A stretch of 64,000 nucleotides of DNA from Octopus bimaculoides (lineage: Eukaryota), in contig NC_069000.1 of NCBI RefSeq assembly GCF_001194135.2, positions 12,360,915 through 12,424,914 of the forward strand, in the 5' to 3' direction. The position numbers and the translations under genes are program-made. This document shows, in pieces, positions 50,064-63,980 of this stretch. How positions within the stretch are numbered: the first letter of the stretch is position 1; every line of letters begins with the position of its first letter. The notes below the pieces were generated by a model that did not search any database, had not been told where the DNA came from, and was given only the letters and a program-made list of their open reading frames with translations.

Positions 50064-50612
50064 CACAGGCAGGAATATCGATGTTGCACGCACAACGGCC
50101 GACCAAGAAAGAAAGATCAGGCTTGGCTGAACGGCGGTCACGTGTAGGAAGAGAAGAGAGAGAGGTAGAGGCAGAGGGACAAAAGAATTAAGGAGGGGCG
50201 AGAAAAAATGACAGGTACACAGGAGGGAAAGTGAGCAAGAAGAGAAGGCAAGGGAATGTGAGAGAGGAGGAACGAAAGAACGAAGAGTGGAATGAACGAA
50301 TAAGGGTGAAAGGGTTGATAGACAGGAATGTATATATGCATGTAGGTGTATATGCATGCGAGTATGTAAATATCCACGTGTGTATGTATGTATATATGTA
50401 TGTATGCATGCATGTATGTTAGTATGTTTACATGTATGTATGCATGCATGCACGTATGTATGTATATATGTGTGTATGTATGTATGTATGAATGTATGTA
50501 TGTATTTCTGGAGTACATANNNNNNNNNNNNNNNNNNNNNNNNNNNNNNNNNNNNNNNNNNNNNNNNNNNNNNNNNNNNNNNNNNNNNNNNNNNNNNNNN
50601 NNNNNNNNNNNN

Positions 50613-50645
<33 letters not shown>

Positions 50646-50773
50646 CACTCGATAAAAATCCGTATTTATAAAACCCTCCAACTGTCATTTCTTTCGCTTC
50701 TATCTTCATGCAATCCATGACATCAACTAACAAAACCAGAAATACAAATGAAACTCGGAAAGGTCTCTTTGCG

Positions 50774-50804
<31 letters not shown>

Positions 50805-51027
50805 TTTGCTATTCTAGTTTTTGCATCACAGTCTATGGTATTACTTTTTATGTAAAGCTCCGAATCAATTATTTTAGGAAACAAGAAGTAAAAAGATAAA
50901 CCGAAGAAGAAATCGTAAAAAATATTTAAACTGTAGATAAAGAACAAACTATAGATTTTTATTTCAGCATGTGATTCAACACCGGATATAGCTCTATCGT
51001 AAAGAAATAATACGTTTAGAGCAAAAT

Positions 51028-51034
51028 GATAATG

Positions 51035-51086
<52 letters not shown>

Positions 51087-51097
51087 TAACAATAATG

Positions 51098-51190
<93 letters not shown>

Positions 51191-51290
51191 GCACGAAGAA
51201 GAATAAATACGACAATGATGGTGATGACGATGACGAGGATGATGATGATGATGGTGAGGATGACGGCATCCATAATTATGATGACCACGA
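51028..51290 (+). repeat. (AAT)n array followed by a (GAT/GAC)n tract
   Basis: Directly visible. Confidence 0.95.
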
Positions 51291-51519
51291 TGCTTTTGCA
51301 GTTTTTCCTTTGAAATATCATATATATATATATATATAAAGAAACTCCTTTTACACAAACCTTCATCTGCCGCTTCTCCCAAATAGTTTTATTGTACACG
51401 GGATGGAAATGTGAAGGAGACATATTAATGGCGGAAGAGAGGGTAAAAAAAAAATTACAAAAGACTAACATATTCGGGATATAAAAATTACATAGAAACA
51501 AGTAAAATAACACACATAT

Positions 51520-51749
51520 AAATACATTATACATATATATACAGATATGTGTGTACGTGTGTGTGTATATGTACATATTTACATATCCATATATTCATGT
51601 ATATATAGTTGAATATATATATTACTACATATATATACGTATATATATTTATATATATATACATATACATATATATATATATACATATGTATACACATAT
51701 ACATGTATATATATTTATATATACTACTACTCATAGATATGTATATATG

Positions 51750-51802
<53 letters not shown>

Positions 51803-52854
51803 CTATATACATATACATGCACATATATGCATATATGTATATGTATATACATATACGTATATGTATATATATATANNNNNNNNNNNNNNNNNNNNNNNNN
51901 NNNNNNNNNNNNNNNNNNNNNNNNNNNNNNNNNNNNNNNNNNNNNNNNNNNNNNNNNNNNNNNNNNNNNNNNNNNNNNNNNNNNNNNNNNNNNNNNNNNN
52001 NNNNNNNNNNNNNNNNNNNNNNNNNNNNNNNNNNNNNNNNNNNNNNNNNNNNNNNNNNNNNNNNNNNNNNNNNNNNNNNNNNNNNNNNNNNNNNNNNNNN
52101 NNNNNNNNNNNNNNNNNNNNNNNNNNNNNNNNNNNNNNNNNNNNNNNNNNNNNNNNNNNNNNNNNNNNNNNNNNNNNNNNNNNNNNNNNNNNNNNNNNNN
52201 NNNNNNNNNNNNNNNNNNNNNNNNNNNNNNNNNNNNNNNNNNNNNNNNNNNNNNNNNNNNNNNNNNNNNNNNNNNNNNNNNNNNNNNNNNNNNNNNNNNN
52301 NNNNNNNNNNNNNNNNNNNNNNNNNNNNNNNNNNNNNNNNNNNNNNNNNNNNNNNNNNNNNNNNNNNNNNNNNNNNNNNNNNNNNNNNNNNNNNNNNNNN
52401 NNNNNNNNNNNNNNNNNNNNNNNNNNNNNNNNNNNNNNNNNNNNNNNNNNNNNNNNNNNNNNNNNNNNNNNNNNNNNNNNNNNNNNNNNNNNNNNNNNNN
52501 NNNNNNNNNNNNNNNNNNNNNNNNNNNNNNNNNNNNNNNNNNNNNNNNNNNNNNNNNNNNNNNNNNNNNNNNNNNNNNNNNNNNNNNNNNNNNNNNNNNN
52601 NNNNNNNNNNNNNNNNNNNNNNNNNNNNNNNNNNNNNNNNNNNNNNNNNNNNNNNNNNNNNNNNNNNNNNNNNNNNNNNNNNNNNNNNNNNNNNNNNNNN
52701 NNNNNNNNNNNNNNNNNNNNNNNNNNNNNNNNNNNNNNNNNNNNNNNNNNNNNNNNNNNNNNNNNNNNNNNNNNNNNNNNNNNNNNNNNNNNNNNNNNNN
52801 NNNNNNNNNNNNNNNNNNNNNNNNNNNNNNNNNNNNNNNNNNNNNNNNNNNNNN

Positions 52855-52909
<55 letters not shown>

Positions 52910-52915
52910 GACACA
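51520..52915. repeat. Long TA-rich microsatellite region containing the largest N-gap (about 51876-52854)
   Basis: Directly visible. Confidence 0.9.
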
Positions 52916-53837
52916 CACACATATACGTGTGTATGTATGTATGTGGCGCGGCGTTTGTGTGTATCAAAACGGCTTCTTGAGTTTTGGCCAAATAACTGAG
53001 ATATCGGAATATATCTAAAGCATTATTATCGGAAATTCTATCTTGATGCTACGGGGTGTGATACAAGAATAAATAAGCTTACATTGACGTCCACATACTT
53101 TAACTCAGACACAAACATTTATATACTTGAAGTGTCTCGTAGGAAATATATAAACACATATGTATATATGTGTATATATATACTTATATATTTATACACA
53201 CACATTCATAATACTTAAGGCAGACGCGCCAGCTTCCACTTTCATTATACAAATTCGCAAATGCATTGGATACATGTATATAACATTCGGACGTACGTAC
53301 TCTAAGCCTACTGTTAATGTTATATGGTTATTGCCAATCAGATATACGTAGATATGCGTATAAATATTTGTTACAGATTTTGATATACACTCAGAAAATC
53401 ACAGTGAAATTGTCATATAATCATACATAAGAAGTTTTTGTAATATAAAGTTACTTGCCAAACAAATACTCGGTTTCTTTTTATATACGTCGATACGTAT
53501 CTCATATGTATATATATATATATATATATATATNNNNNNNNNNNNNNNNNNNNNNNNNNNNNNNNNNNNNNNNNNNNNNNNNNNNNNNNNNNNNNNNNNN
53601 NNNNNNNNNNNNNNNNNNNNNNNNNNNNNNNNNNNNNNNNNNNNNNNNNNNNNNNNNNNNNNNNNNNNNNNNNNNNNNNNNNNNNNNNNNNNNNNNNNNN
53701 NNNNNNNNNNNNNNNNNNNNNNNNNNNNNNNNNNNNNNNNNNNNNNNNNNNNNNNNNNNNNNNNNNNNNNNNNNNNNNNNNNNNNNNNNNNNNNNNNNNN
53801 NTATATATGTATGTATATATAATATATAGTTATATAT

Positions 53838-53882
<45 letters not shown>

Positions 53883-53902
53883 CATACGAGATACATATGT
53901 TT

Positions 53903-53949
<47 letters not shown>

Positions 53950-55249
53950 TATATATATGCCGAGTGGTATGAAAAAGGTGGGGAAAAAGATCGGAAACTT
54001 TTTGTTTTTAGTTCCGTTCAGTCCTACGTAGCCCTGGGGTGCGAATTCATTTGTAGAATATGAAATATATTCCAACAATTGTCTGAATGACATGGATACC
54101 CAAGGTTAGGATCCCGTCATACACCCGACTTTTGTATACGCAAATGTATCTGCTTTAGTCAATATTATCTCAAAAAGACTACACTGAAGAAAAATGCAGC
54201 AAGAATTAACAGCCAAATCACCGAAAATAAGTACATTTGTTTTTGTAACATCTCATTACTAGAGTTTCAAAATGTAACTTTGAAATCTTCCCCAGGTAAT
54301 GTTATTGAGGGTTGACTGTGGCCGGAAACTACTCTTTGAATAAGTCTTATATTTTTGGCAGCTGGCGATTAAGTCAGACAGTCTCTTGCCGATGTTCTAG
54401 ACTCACTTTTCTGATGACTATAAGCTTCTCATTCTTCTTAATGACATGTCAACTTGGGAAATTCTTGCTCTTATCTGATTATCACATCTCATTAAGTGTT
54501 GCTGGTCTTAATTGTCTTTCGGTAGCATAATGATGCATCTTCTAGAGGAGAAGATCAATTTAATAAATCAACAATTTATGTTGCATGGTCTTTTATACAC
54601 CTATATTTGTTTACGTATCTATATATCTATAAATGTAACTATAATACAAATGTGAGTGTGTATGTACGTATGTATATGTATATATGCATACTAGTTGTAG
54701 TCTATTTATTTACAAGGTACTAAAAGTGTCAGCAGTTAACGAGTAACAGCGTGAAAGAAATGAGGAAGAGATTTTCGTCTCAGACGATAAGTAGGAAAGG
54801 ACGTCTGACTTCATCGTACTATTTCATAGAAAAGGTTGAATGTGACTGAACAATTTGGGGATTAGCACACAGTAGTGTTGTTGGGAGTAGCGGAACCTAC
54901 AGCAAGAGAATGGAAGAGATGTGTTTAGTTTCAAAGAGAGCACCTGAAATGCAGTATAGGGTATTGTGGAAGATTGCGATACGGGGGAACTAATATGTGG
55001 TGTTGAGAAGAGTGAAGAAATACGAGATGGCAATGAAAACAAGAGAGAGAAATAAATAGGGGCAGGAAAAAAGGAAATACAGGAGGAATAGAAAGAATAA
55101 CAACAGTGGGACGGGAGGACAAGAATAGATGGGCGATAAGGTTAGATTGGTGAGCGCACTATGAATCTATTTATCAATATCGAAATGGAAATCCTTTCGT
55201 CAACCATGCACACTAAAATCTACTTAGTTTCAACATGTAGACACAAAAA

Positions 55250-55327
<78 letters not shown>

Positions 55328-56526
55328 TGCACACACTCACACACGCACACACGGTTGTACATATGAGTGGCTACGGCGATGTAACATAAATTCAAGTAGA
55401 TTCCTTGAATGTGGTGGCTTAGCATGGGCATAACGAAATATAAAACCAATATGTGATTTAGAAAGCAAATTTAGAGATGTGCTTGTGTGTGACTGTGTAA
55501 CTTTTGCTCGTGTATATTAAATAATATTCTAGTTAAAAACATACACCGATACACATATCATTGTGTGAATGTGAAGTGCATCTGTGTTTATGTAAGTGAG
55601 AAAACCTCTGTAATAAATCCCCTGCGCTTAATTCAATAAAGCATTACAATATGAAATACTCAACACATACAAAATTCATTCAGGAGTCAGAAATTTCATA
55701 AGTGTGCTCCTATTGAGAACCTGTTGGTAAGGCAACGATTATGATCTTTGTCTCCTACCAGCAAGGTTGTTGCTGACATCATAAAATACGTGTGAGTTGC
55801 AGTAATATATACGGCTACATCTGTGTAAGTATATCTTTGTATAGAATATTGTTGTGTATATTGAACAATAAAGTGTAAAGAAACCTAAACATTAATATAT
55901 AACTCAAATAATAAAATTAGAAACATTTACTTGTGGTAGACTTAATGTTAAATTAGTTCCTTGGAGAATTTTAACAAAATATTATTGTGTAATAACGAAT
56001 CAACACACTATACTGAACGTTGAGAAAACGTCCATCATAAAACATTGTAATCAATATAAACTATTTAAGCAATACACATGCACACGTACAACTGCACACA
56101 CACACACACACACACATTCACGCACACTTACATTCATACACAATCAAGCACAAGCACAAACGCAATTTCGCGCGCAAATAAATATGAGGGCGGATATTTT
56201 TATGTTCATCTATTTATTACTATCATATATTTATCGTATGCTTGATCAAGATGTTTCGAGACTTACGCGTTGATCTCGATCAAAATATTGTATTGTTACA
56301 CACACACACACACACAAATACTCACTCACACACACACACACACATACATACACACGCACACACGCATACACGCATACAAACAGACACATTTATGTATTCT
56401 ATATGTGTACATAAGCACACATAATCTCTCAACGTGTCTGATTGTCTGTCGATCTATCTGCNNNNNNNNNNNNNNNNNNNNNNNNNNNNNNNNNNNNNNN
56501 NNNNNNNNNNNNNNNNNNNNNNNNNN

Positions 56527-56665
56527 TATTACTCTTTTACTCTTTTACTTGTTTCACTCATTTGACTGCAGCCAGGACTTATTCTTTGTAAGCCTAGTAC
56601 TTATTCTATCGGCCTATTTTTGCCGAGCCGCTAAGTTACGGGGACGTAAACACACCAGCACTTGC
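56527..56665 (-). mobile_element. SINE family B tail half with an approximately 38-nt internal deletion
   Basis: CATTTGACTGCAGCC joins directly to AGGACTTATTCTTTGTAAGCC; the intervening ATGCTGG...CGACC is present in the copy at 11238-11340. Confidence 0.88.
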
Positions 56666-56679
56666 ATGTACATGCTGTT

Positions 56680-57645
56680 TACCAAGCATATGACAATTTG
56701 CAGAAAAAGGAAGGTGAATTTTCTAATGAAAAACCCTTTTTTTTTGGGGGGTTAGTAAAGGCTTAAATGTTTACGAAGTGTATGAATTTGAACAACAAGG
56801 AAATGCCTAGTGAGCAGTTGAAGATAATGAAGGTGATGATGTTGGGGTTACATACGAGAACAGGTATACAATGTTGATGAGACTGCTCTATTCTGGAAGC
56901 GCTTTATTTCTCAAGAAGGAAAAAAAAAACATTGGGATTTAAAGCATCCACAAATTGCTCGATACTTCTTTTGGGAGGAAAATAACGCCGGTGAAATGAA
57001 ATTGAAGCCACCATGCGTGTTACACTCCCAAAATCTAAGGGTTTTTAAAGGTTACACAATGCTTAATCTACCTCTGATTTGGCTTTCAAATAAGAAGGCA
57101 TGGATGATTAAGAACTTTTTTATGGAATGGTTTACAAACGATCTTTTATTATGCAGTGACAGGCATATTTCCAACGAAGCATTGCTTCTTTTAGACAACA
57201 CATATTGCCGATAATGAGAGGGTAGAATATATGACCAAGATTACAACTTGCTTGCTCCTGTCAACTGATAAGGTGTGATGGCTTACTTCAAGGCATCTTA
57301 TGTGAAAAGAACTTTCAAACAAATTATGAAAGCAATTGACAGGGAGGATAAATCTGCAGTTAGAGACTTCTGGAAGAAATTTCGCATAATAGCTGCTGCA
57401 GAATAATATAGATGAGTTATGGAATGACGTGAACCCTTCATGTTGGAACTGTGTTTGGAAAAATATATGAGTAGACTGCATTCGTGAAATTATAAGTTTC
57501 CCTCAAGCAGAGATTCTACATCAAATTCTGAAACAGATCGTGACACTTGCAAAAGATGTAGAATTTGAAGAAGTCACACAGGATGATGCGATTAAGATGG
57601 TAGTGTCCAGAGAGAAAGTTTTCTCTTACGAGTAGCTAATGCTGT
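56680..57645 (+). mobile_element. Tigger/pogo-family (CENP-B-like HTH plus DDE_1) transposase relic with frameshifts and stops
   Basis: QAYDNLQKKEGEFSNEKPF..VSKG, then EQVYNVDETALFWKR, then KLKPPCVLHSQNLRVFKGYTMLNLPLIWLSNKKAWM...ALLLLDN, then QGV-like GVMAYFKASYVKRTF...RDFWKKF. Canonical Tigger motif order. Confidence 0.92.
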
Positions 57646-57806
57646 TCATTTAATTACGTTTTCTAAAAAGGAAACTTAATTCTAATTTTTCTTTTTTCTT
57701 TCATTTTGTTCCCGTTTTTTTTTCTTTCTCACCCTTTGTTATCTAATTCCTCTCTTTTGTATCAACCCTCTTCTCATTTCTTTTCTCGTTGCTTCTCATG
57801 TGCTAG

Positions 57807-57881
57807 CGTCCTGAATTTGAAAGAGAACATACCATCTACCCAGAAACTCAAGATTATTTAGAAGCACAAGGCACGTTATAA
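57807..57881 (+). other. Candidate exon after a long AG-exclusion zone (RPEFEREHTIYPETQDYLEAQGTL*), unverified
   Basis: 134-nt AG-free pyrimidine tract (57671-57804) with CTAAT motifs, TAG acceptor at 57804-06, phase-0 frame open for 24 codons. Confidence 0.22.
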
Positions 57882-58286
57882 TAATCTGCCTAACCACGTG
57901 TCTCAATGGCAAGAAACTATTACTACGTCCAATAACAATACACTGCACACACACACACTATATATATATATATATATATATATGATTAATGAGAGAGGGA
58001 GAAGATTGAAGATAAGAAAATGTTTGTTGATCACTACAGTTGTTTCGACACATCTAGTATCGATCCCAGACGGATGGGATGCTGAGCACTAATTTAGGTG
58101 TATCAGTCGGTGTATATGTGTCTCTTTAGGTGATTTCAAGATGTATCTTGCTAAAATAAATAACGTCTGTTCCGCTAGTTTTCTTCTTGATATGTGTATA
58201 TAAAAGCAGCAAATTAAGTAACACAGCTTCATTATTATAGAAGATCGACAATAAATATCAGATGCAAAAATAAACAAATACATGAT

Positions 58287-58304
58287 ATGTATACAGAGAG
58301 AAGG

Positions 58305-58338
<34 letters not shown>

Positions 58339-58460
58339 GACGAGGGAGAAGGGACGAGAGAGAGAGAAGGGACGAGAGAGAGAGAAAGGNNNNNNNNNNG
58401 GGACGAGAGAGAGAGAAGGGACGAGAGAGAGAGAAAGGACGAGAGAGAGAGAGAGAGAGA
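58287..58460 (+). repeat. (GA)n tract punctuated by repeated AAGGGAC units (nascent minisatellite)
   Basis: About 7 copies of A(A/G)GGAC separated by variable GA runs; contains a 10-N gap. Confidence 0.9.
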
Positions 58461-58648
58461 AGCAGACAGAGAGACTGACAGAAATAGACTGATACATAGA
58501 TAAGTTGATTGATAGATATATACAATATACATACATATATATACATGCATGTATACTCGCTTACATACACAGGAATTCACAATCATTCATGTATATGCAC
58601 ATACATGTGTGCGGGTCTGTGTGTATATTTGTGTGTTTGTGTGTGTGC

Positions 58649-58722
<74 letters not shown>

Positions 58723-59881
58723 TAGATATATACAATATACATATCTATATATACATATCTATATACATATCTATATATCTAGATAGATTAAAAAGTGGAA
58801 TCATGGAACATTTCTAACACAAAGTGACGCGTAATATAATGGTGAAATTTATTTTGTGATCTTAATGTGTAATATTCAGTTAATAATAAACAGTATAAAC
58901 ATGTGCATACATAGCTACGTATGTGAGTGTATATGTATGTTAATATATATATATATACATGGGTGTAAGAAAGAAAGAGAAAGGGAGAGAGAGAGCGAGA
59001 GAAAGAAGGAGGCGGGGAGATGACCTTCTTCATGACCCTGAAGATAATATTAATAGATATGATTTAACAGAGAGAAAAAATGAATTATGTTATATTTAAT
59101 CTACTGTCCTTCTCTTATCAGTAGCTTAAGCATACACACACACACACACACANNNNNNNNNNNNNNNNNNNNNNNNNNNNNNNNNNNNNNNNNNNNNNNN
59201 NNNNNNNNNNNNNNNNNNNNNNNNNNNNNNNNNNNNNNNNNNNNNNNNNNNNNNNNNNNNNNNNNNNNNNNNNNNNNNNNNNNNNNNNNNNNNNNNNNNN
59301 NNNNNNNNNNNNNNNNNNNNNNNNNNNNNNNNNNNNNNNNNNNNNNNNNNNNNNNNNNNNNNNNNNNNNNNNNNNNNNNNNNNNNNNNNNNNNNNNNNNN
59401 NNNNNNNNNNNNNNNNNNNNNNNNNNNNNNNNNNNNNNNNNNNNNNNNNNNNNNNNNNNNNNNNNNNNNNNNNNNNNNNNNNNNNNNNNNNNNNNNNNNN
59501 NNNNNNNNNNNNNNNNNNNNNNNNNNNNNNNNNNNNNNNNNNNNNNNNNNNNNNNNNNNNNNNNNNNNNNNNNNNNNNNNNNNNNNNNNNNNNNNNNNNN
59601 NNNNNNNNNNNNNNNNNNNNNNNNNNNNNNNNNNNNNNNNNNNNNNNNNNNNNNNNNNNNNNNNNNNNNNNNNNNNNNNNNNNNNNNNNNNNNNNNNNNN
59701 NNNNNNNNNNNNNNNNNNNNNNNNNNNNNNNNNNNNNNNNNNNNNNNNNNNNNNNNNNNNNNNNNNNNNNNNNNNNNNNNNNNNNNNNNNNNNNNNNNNN
59801 NNNNNNNNNNNNNNNNNNNNNNNNNNNNNNNNNNNNNNNNNNNNNNNNNNNNNNNNNNNNNNNNNNNNNNNNNNNNNNNNN

Positions 59882-59940
<59 letters not shown>

Positions 59941-59972
59941 GTAGGTAGGTAGATAGATAGATAGACAGATAG
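59882..59972 (+). repeat. (TAGA)n microsatellite
   Basis: Directly visible after an N-gap. Confidence 0.95.
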
Positions 59973-60547
59973 ATGAGGTATTTTCGCAGTGATTTCGTCT
60001 AATATCTTCTCCTCACAATTGACTGGCTAAGCCGAGTTTATAGTAAAACATACCAAAATTCCACTGGTTTTATCGAATCCGGAACTTCCTTGTTGCGAAG
60101 TCAGTACCTTACCTACACAAGAATTCATGCGTTAATAATAGATAAAATGGGAGAAAATTATGGAAGTTTCTCATTCCTTTTCGCTCTGTTTTTTTTGGGG
60201 GTTTTTTTCGTTTTTGATTTTTCATCTTTTCTGTGTCTAGTGACAGGACAAATGTTAGTTTGGCAGTCGTGTCAGTAATTTGAAACTTGGCAACAATATC
60301 GATACTCATAAAGACTGTTCCATCCCTGAAAATGTCAAATATCGATTATTTTCCGTGGCACAAGATTTATGGAATTGAAAGGTATTATTTTAGACGAAGT
60401 GATTTAAAACATAACAGACAACTGGCGATCGAAACCGTGACATAATCTCTGCTAATCTGATATCCTCGACCAAAAATAGACCTGAAATATCATGGTCGGG
60501 TTATAAATGGAAATGAAATGTTCGAAAATTCTGCGATATTTATTTTT

Positions 60548-60757
60548 AACTGTTTCATTCATTGGCCAGTAGCCATGGGGCATCGCCTTGAAGGGTCTTT
60601 AATCGGACAAACTGACCACCCCAGTACTTATTCATTTTTCTCGTTTTGTGTCTGGCACTTATTCTGTCGGTGTCTTTCACCGAGCCAGTAAGTTTTCAGA
60701 CATAAAAAAATCAACACCGGTTGCCAAATCAATTGGTGGCTGGGGAGACAAACAGAG
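60548..60757 (-). mobile_element. SINE family B tail half, diverged
   Basis: TGTTTCATTCATT...GGGGCATCGCCTTGAAGGG...CCCCAGTACTTATT...ACTTATTCTGTCGG...CAACACCGGTTG...GGAGACAAACACA. Confidence 0.8.
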
Positions 60758-61330
60758 ATATAACAACACGCAATAACACAGCATATAAATAATGTACAAC
60801 GCCTACACAAGTCTGGTCTTAAAACCCCCTGAAACTAAGTCATAAGCCCAGCGAGACAATTCACATCAGGTCCTTTATCGGAGCGACAGACATCGATGTG
60901 ACGTCATTAAGAAGCTGGGGTATTTCCAACACAACAACACTCCATCTGAAACTGAGACTATCTACCCTCCAATAAAGGAAATCGAAACACTTCAGGTGTA
61001 GAAAATTCAGGTGTCGCAACGGTAGAACCAATGTGTGGGTTTAGCGAAGGGTAAGATATCCCAAAAAGAAAGCAAAGAAACAATTTATCTCATCTTTAAG
61101 TTACAACTGTTTCTTTTTCACCACTGCTTTTCACAGTTGATACAGAAGCAACTGAAAAAGAAAGTTGGTACCGAAACGATTGTAACTGTTCATTAAAGAT
61201 GTGAGGAAGTATTTCTCTGTCATATTTGGATTTTATATATATATCTTTTCAACCCATTAGATACATGCTATTATTTATAACGTTTATAGCATTCTTATAA
61301 CATCGATATACATATCTGTACGTATATATG

Positions 61331-61370
<40 letters not shown>

Positions 61371-62569
61371 NNNNNNNNNNNNNNNNNNNNNNNNNNNNNN
61401 NNNNNNNNNNNNNNNNNNNNNNNNNNNNNNNNNNNNNNNNNNNNNNNNNNNNNNNNNNNNNNNNNNNNNNNNNNNNNNNNNNNNNNNNNNNNNNNNNNNN
61501 NNNNNNNNNNNNNNNNNNNNNNNNNNNNNNNNNNNNNNNNNNNNNNNNNNNNNNNNNNNNNNNNNNATATATATATATATATATACACACATACATATAT
61601 GCATATATATGTATACGTATGTGTATGGATGTATGTATGTGTGTGTGTGAGTGTGTGTTCACGTTCTCGCGTGAGCACATACGGAGGCATACGCAGACAC
61701 ACTTATATATGTATATATATTTACATACGTACGTACATACGCTTAAGAACTTGGGCGTACAAACGAGAATGCTTCTATGCGTGTATGTAAATGTATATAT
61801 GGTGTGGTATATTGCTAAGATGCCATACAATGGCATTCACCGGTTGATGAAACTAAGCTATATTCAAAGACAAAAGCAGCAACAGTTGTCTTTTATTTTC
61901 CCTTCTTCAATAATTCAATAACCAACTGTTCGTTCTTCTATCATTCGGCCAGCCCCTTATTGTTCAAAAACTTAGCAATTCCCGCGGTCTATGACATATG
62001 CATGTGTGCATGTATATGCCTGTGAATGTACTTGTATTTGTGTATCTGTGTGTGAGTGTGTGAGAGAGAGAGAGAGAGAGTGGGAGGAGAAGGACAGTTG
62101 TGTATGTAGATGACTAAGAGTTCAATTCGAGGTGCTTTTGTTTTTGCATGCGTGTGTGTTACTATATACGATGCATATATAGTATTTCTCTTACTGCCAT
62201 TACGGATTGCATTTCAGTCATAAGGGTGTGAGTGCACTTGCCTACATACATACATACATACATACATACATACATACATACATACATGCGTACATAAATC
62301 CACACGTACATGTTTATATATATGTAATATATATATAACATATATGTTATACATACACGGGAACATGTGCGCATATAGGGAAACATGAATAAGATGTACA
62401 TGTTATAAATGATTTTTATATAACTATACGAATAACTACAGTGAAATCGGCTTACAGACGAAAATAGTTAAATCTAGGTTAATATTATTTAACGTAAGAT
62501 TAGGATGTGAAGATCAGGACATTTTTAGAATGAGACAAAGAAGAGAGAAGAGAGACAGAGAGAGATTTG

Positions 62570-62575
62570 TGTGTG

Positions 62576-62652
<77 letters not shown>
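62570..62652 (+). repeat. (TG)n microsatellite
   Basis: Directly visible; comparable long CA/TG runs occur at 55253-55322 and 58650-58720. Confidence 0.95.
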
Positions 62653-62657
<5 letters not shown>

Positions 62658-63308
62658 GCTCGTTCCCGTTTCTGCATAAGACAAATCCAACAGACACTTG
62701 GTATGAAGTATAGAGAGAATGAGAGAGGGGAATTGCTCAAGCTTTAGATATTTGCAAGGTTGAATGGGTGAAAGAGTGAGGAAGAGAAACAGCATTGAAA
62801 AGCTGGATTAAGAGGGAGGATGAGCAGGAGGGGGAGAGAGAGTGACGATTGAAACATAAGGAGGAGAACGAAAAGGGCAACAGAGTTGATGATAGATGAA
62901 AAATACCCAAATGAGAGGCAGATGAGAGAATATGCGAGTTAGATAAGCTTGATAATAAGAGTGATAGGAGGAGGTAGTGCGATGTTGGAAGAAAATAGAA
63001 GAGAAAGAGAGAGTGAGAGTGAGAGAGAGAGAGAGAGACAGAGTAAGAAAAAGGTAAATAGAGAGGAAGGAATGCGAAATGCAAGAGCGTGAAAGAAAAG
63101 CAGATATATATATATAAACATGCATCGAAAGGAGCATGCTACATGTGTACAAATATATATTTGCATAAAAAAAACATATATATGTATGTATACACGGACA
63201 CACATACACACACACACTCACACATGCACAGACGCACATACATATATATACATATGCATGTAAACGTATGCGCGCACATATATACATTTCTATGTGACAA
63301 TGTATGTG

Positions 63309-63349
<41 letters not shown>

Positions 63350-63920
63350 GTATTTATGTATCTATGTATGTATGTGCCTGTGTATATATNNNNNNNNNNN
63401 NNNNNNNNNNNNNNNNNNNNNNNNNNNNNNNNNNNNNNNNNNNNNNNNNNNNNNNNNNNNNNNNNNNNNNNNNNNNNNNNNNNNNNNNNNNNNNNNNNNN
63501 NNNNNNNNNNNNNNNNNNNNNNNNNNNNNNNNNNNNNNNNNNNNNNNNNNNNNNNNNNNNNNNNNNNNNNNNNNNNNNNNNNNNNNNNNNNNNNNNNNNN
63601 NNNNNNNNNNNNNNNNNNNNNNNNNNTATACACATATAAACCCTTACATAAATATAATGAAAATAACATGACATTACGCCTTAACACGCATACTTACACA
63701 CGCATACATATGCACATACTCATCATGTATACACACACACACATACGCGCACACATACGTATAAGAATATACTGTCATCAACAACAAATACAGCAAACAA
63801 ATTTGATTTTTAAATAACTTCTGAGCTGAGTTGTTTATATTTACTCTTTTGAGCGACAATGATCCTCGTATGGAAGGACGTAATTGATAGGATATGGAAT
63901 GGCAAGGTAGCAATAAGCAT

Positions 63921-63980
63921 AGCATGACCGCAGCCAACTGGCTGAAACCCATAAATAAATAAATAAATAAATAAATAAAT
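63921..63980 (+). mobile_element. SINE family B extreme 3' end with (TAAA)n tail
   Basis: AGCATGACCGCAGCCAACTGGCTGAAACC resembles AGCATGACCACAGTCAAATGACTGAAAT at 11300-11328. Confidence 0.55.

Noticed and set aside
56996-57214. Domesticated TIGD/JRK/CENP-B gene
   Set aside because: Multiple frameshifts and stops on both sides of the 72-aa ORF, with no splice sites bridging them.
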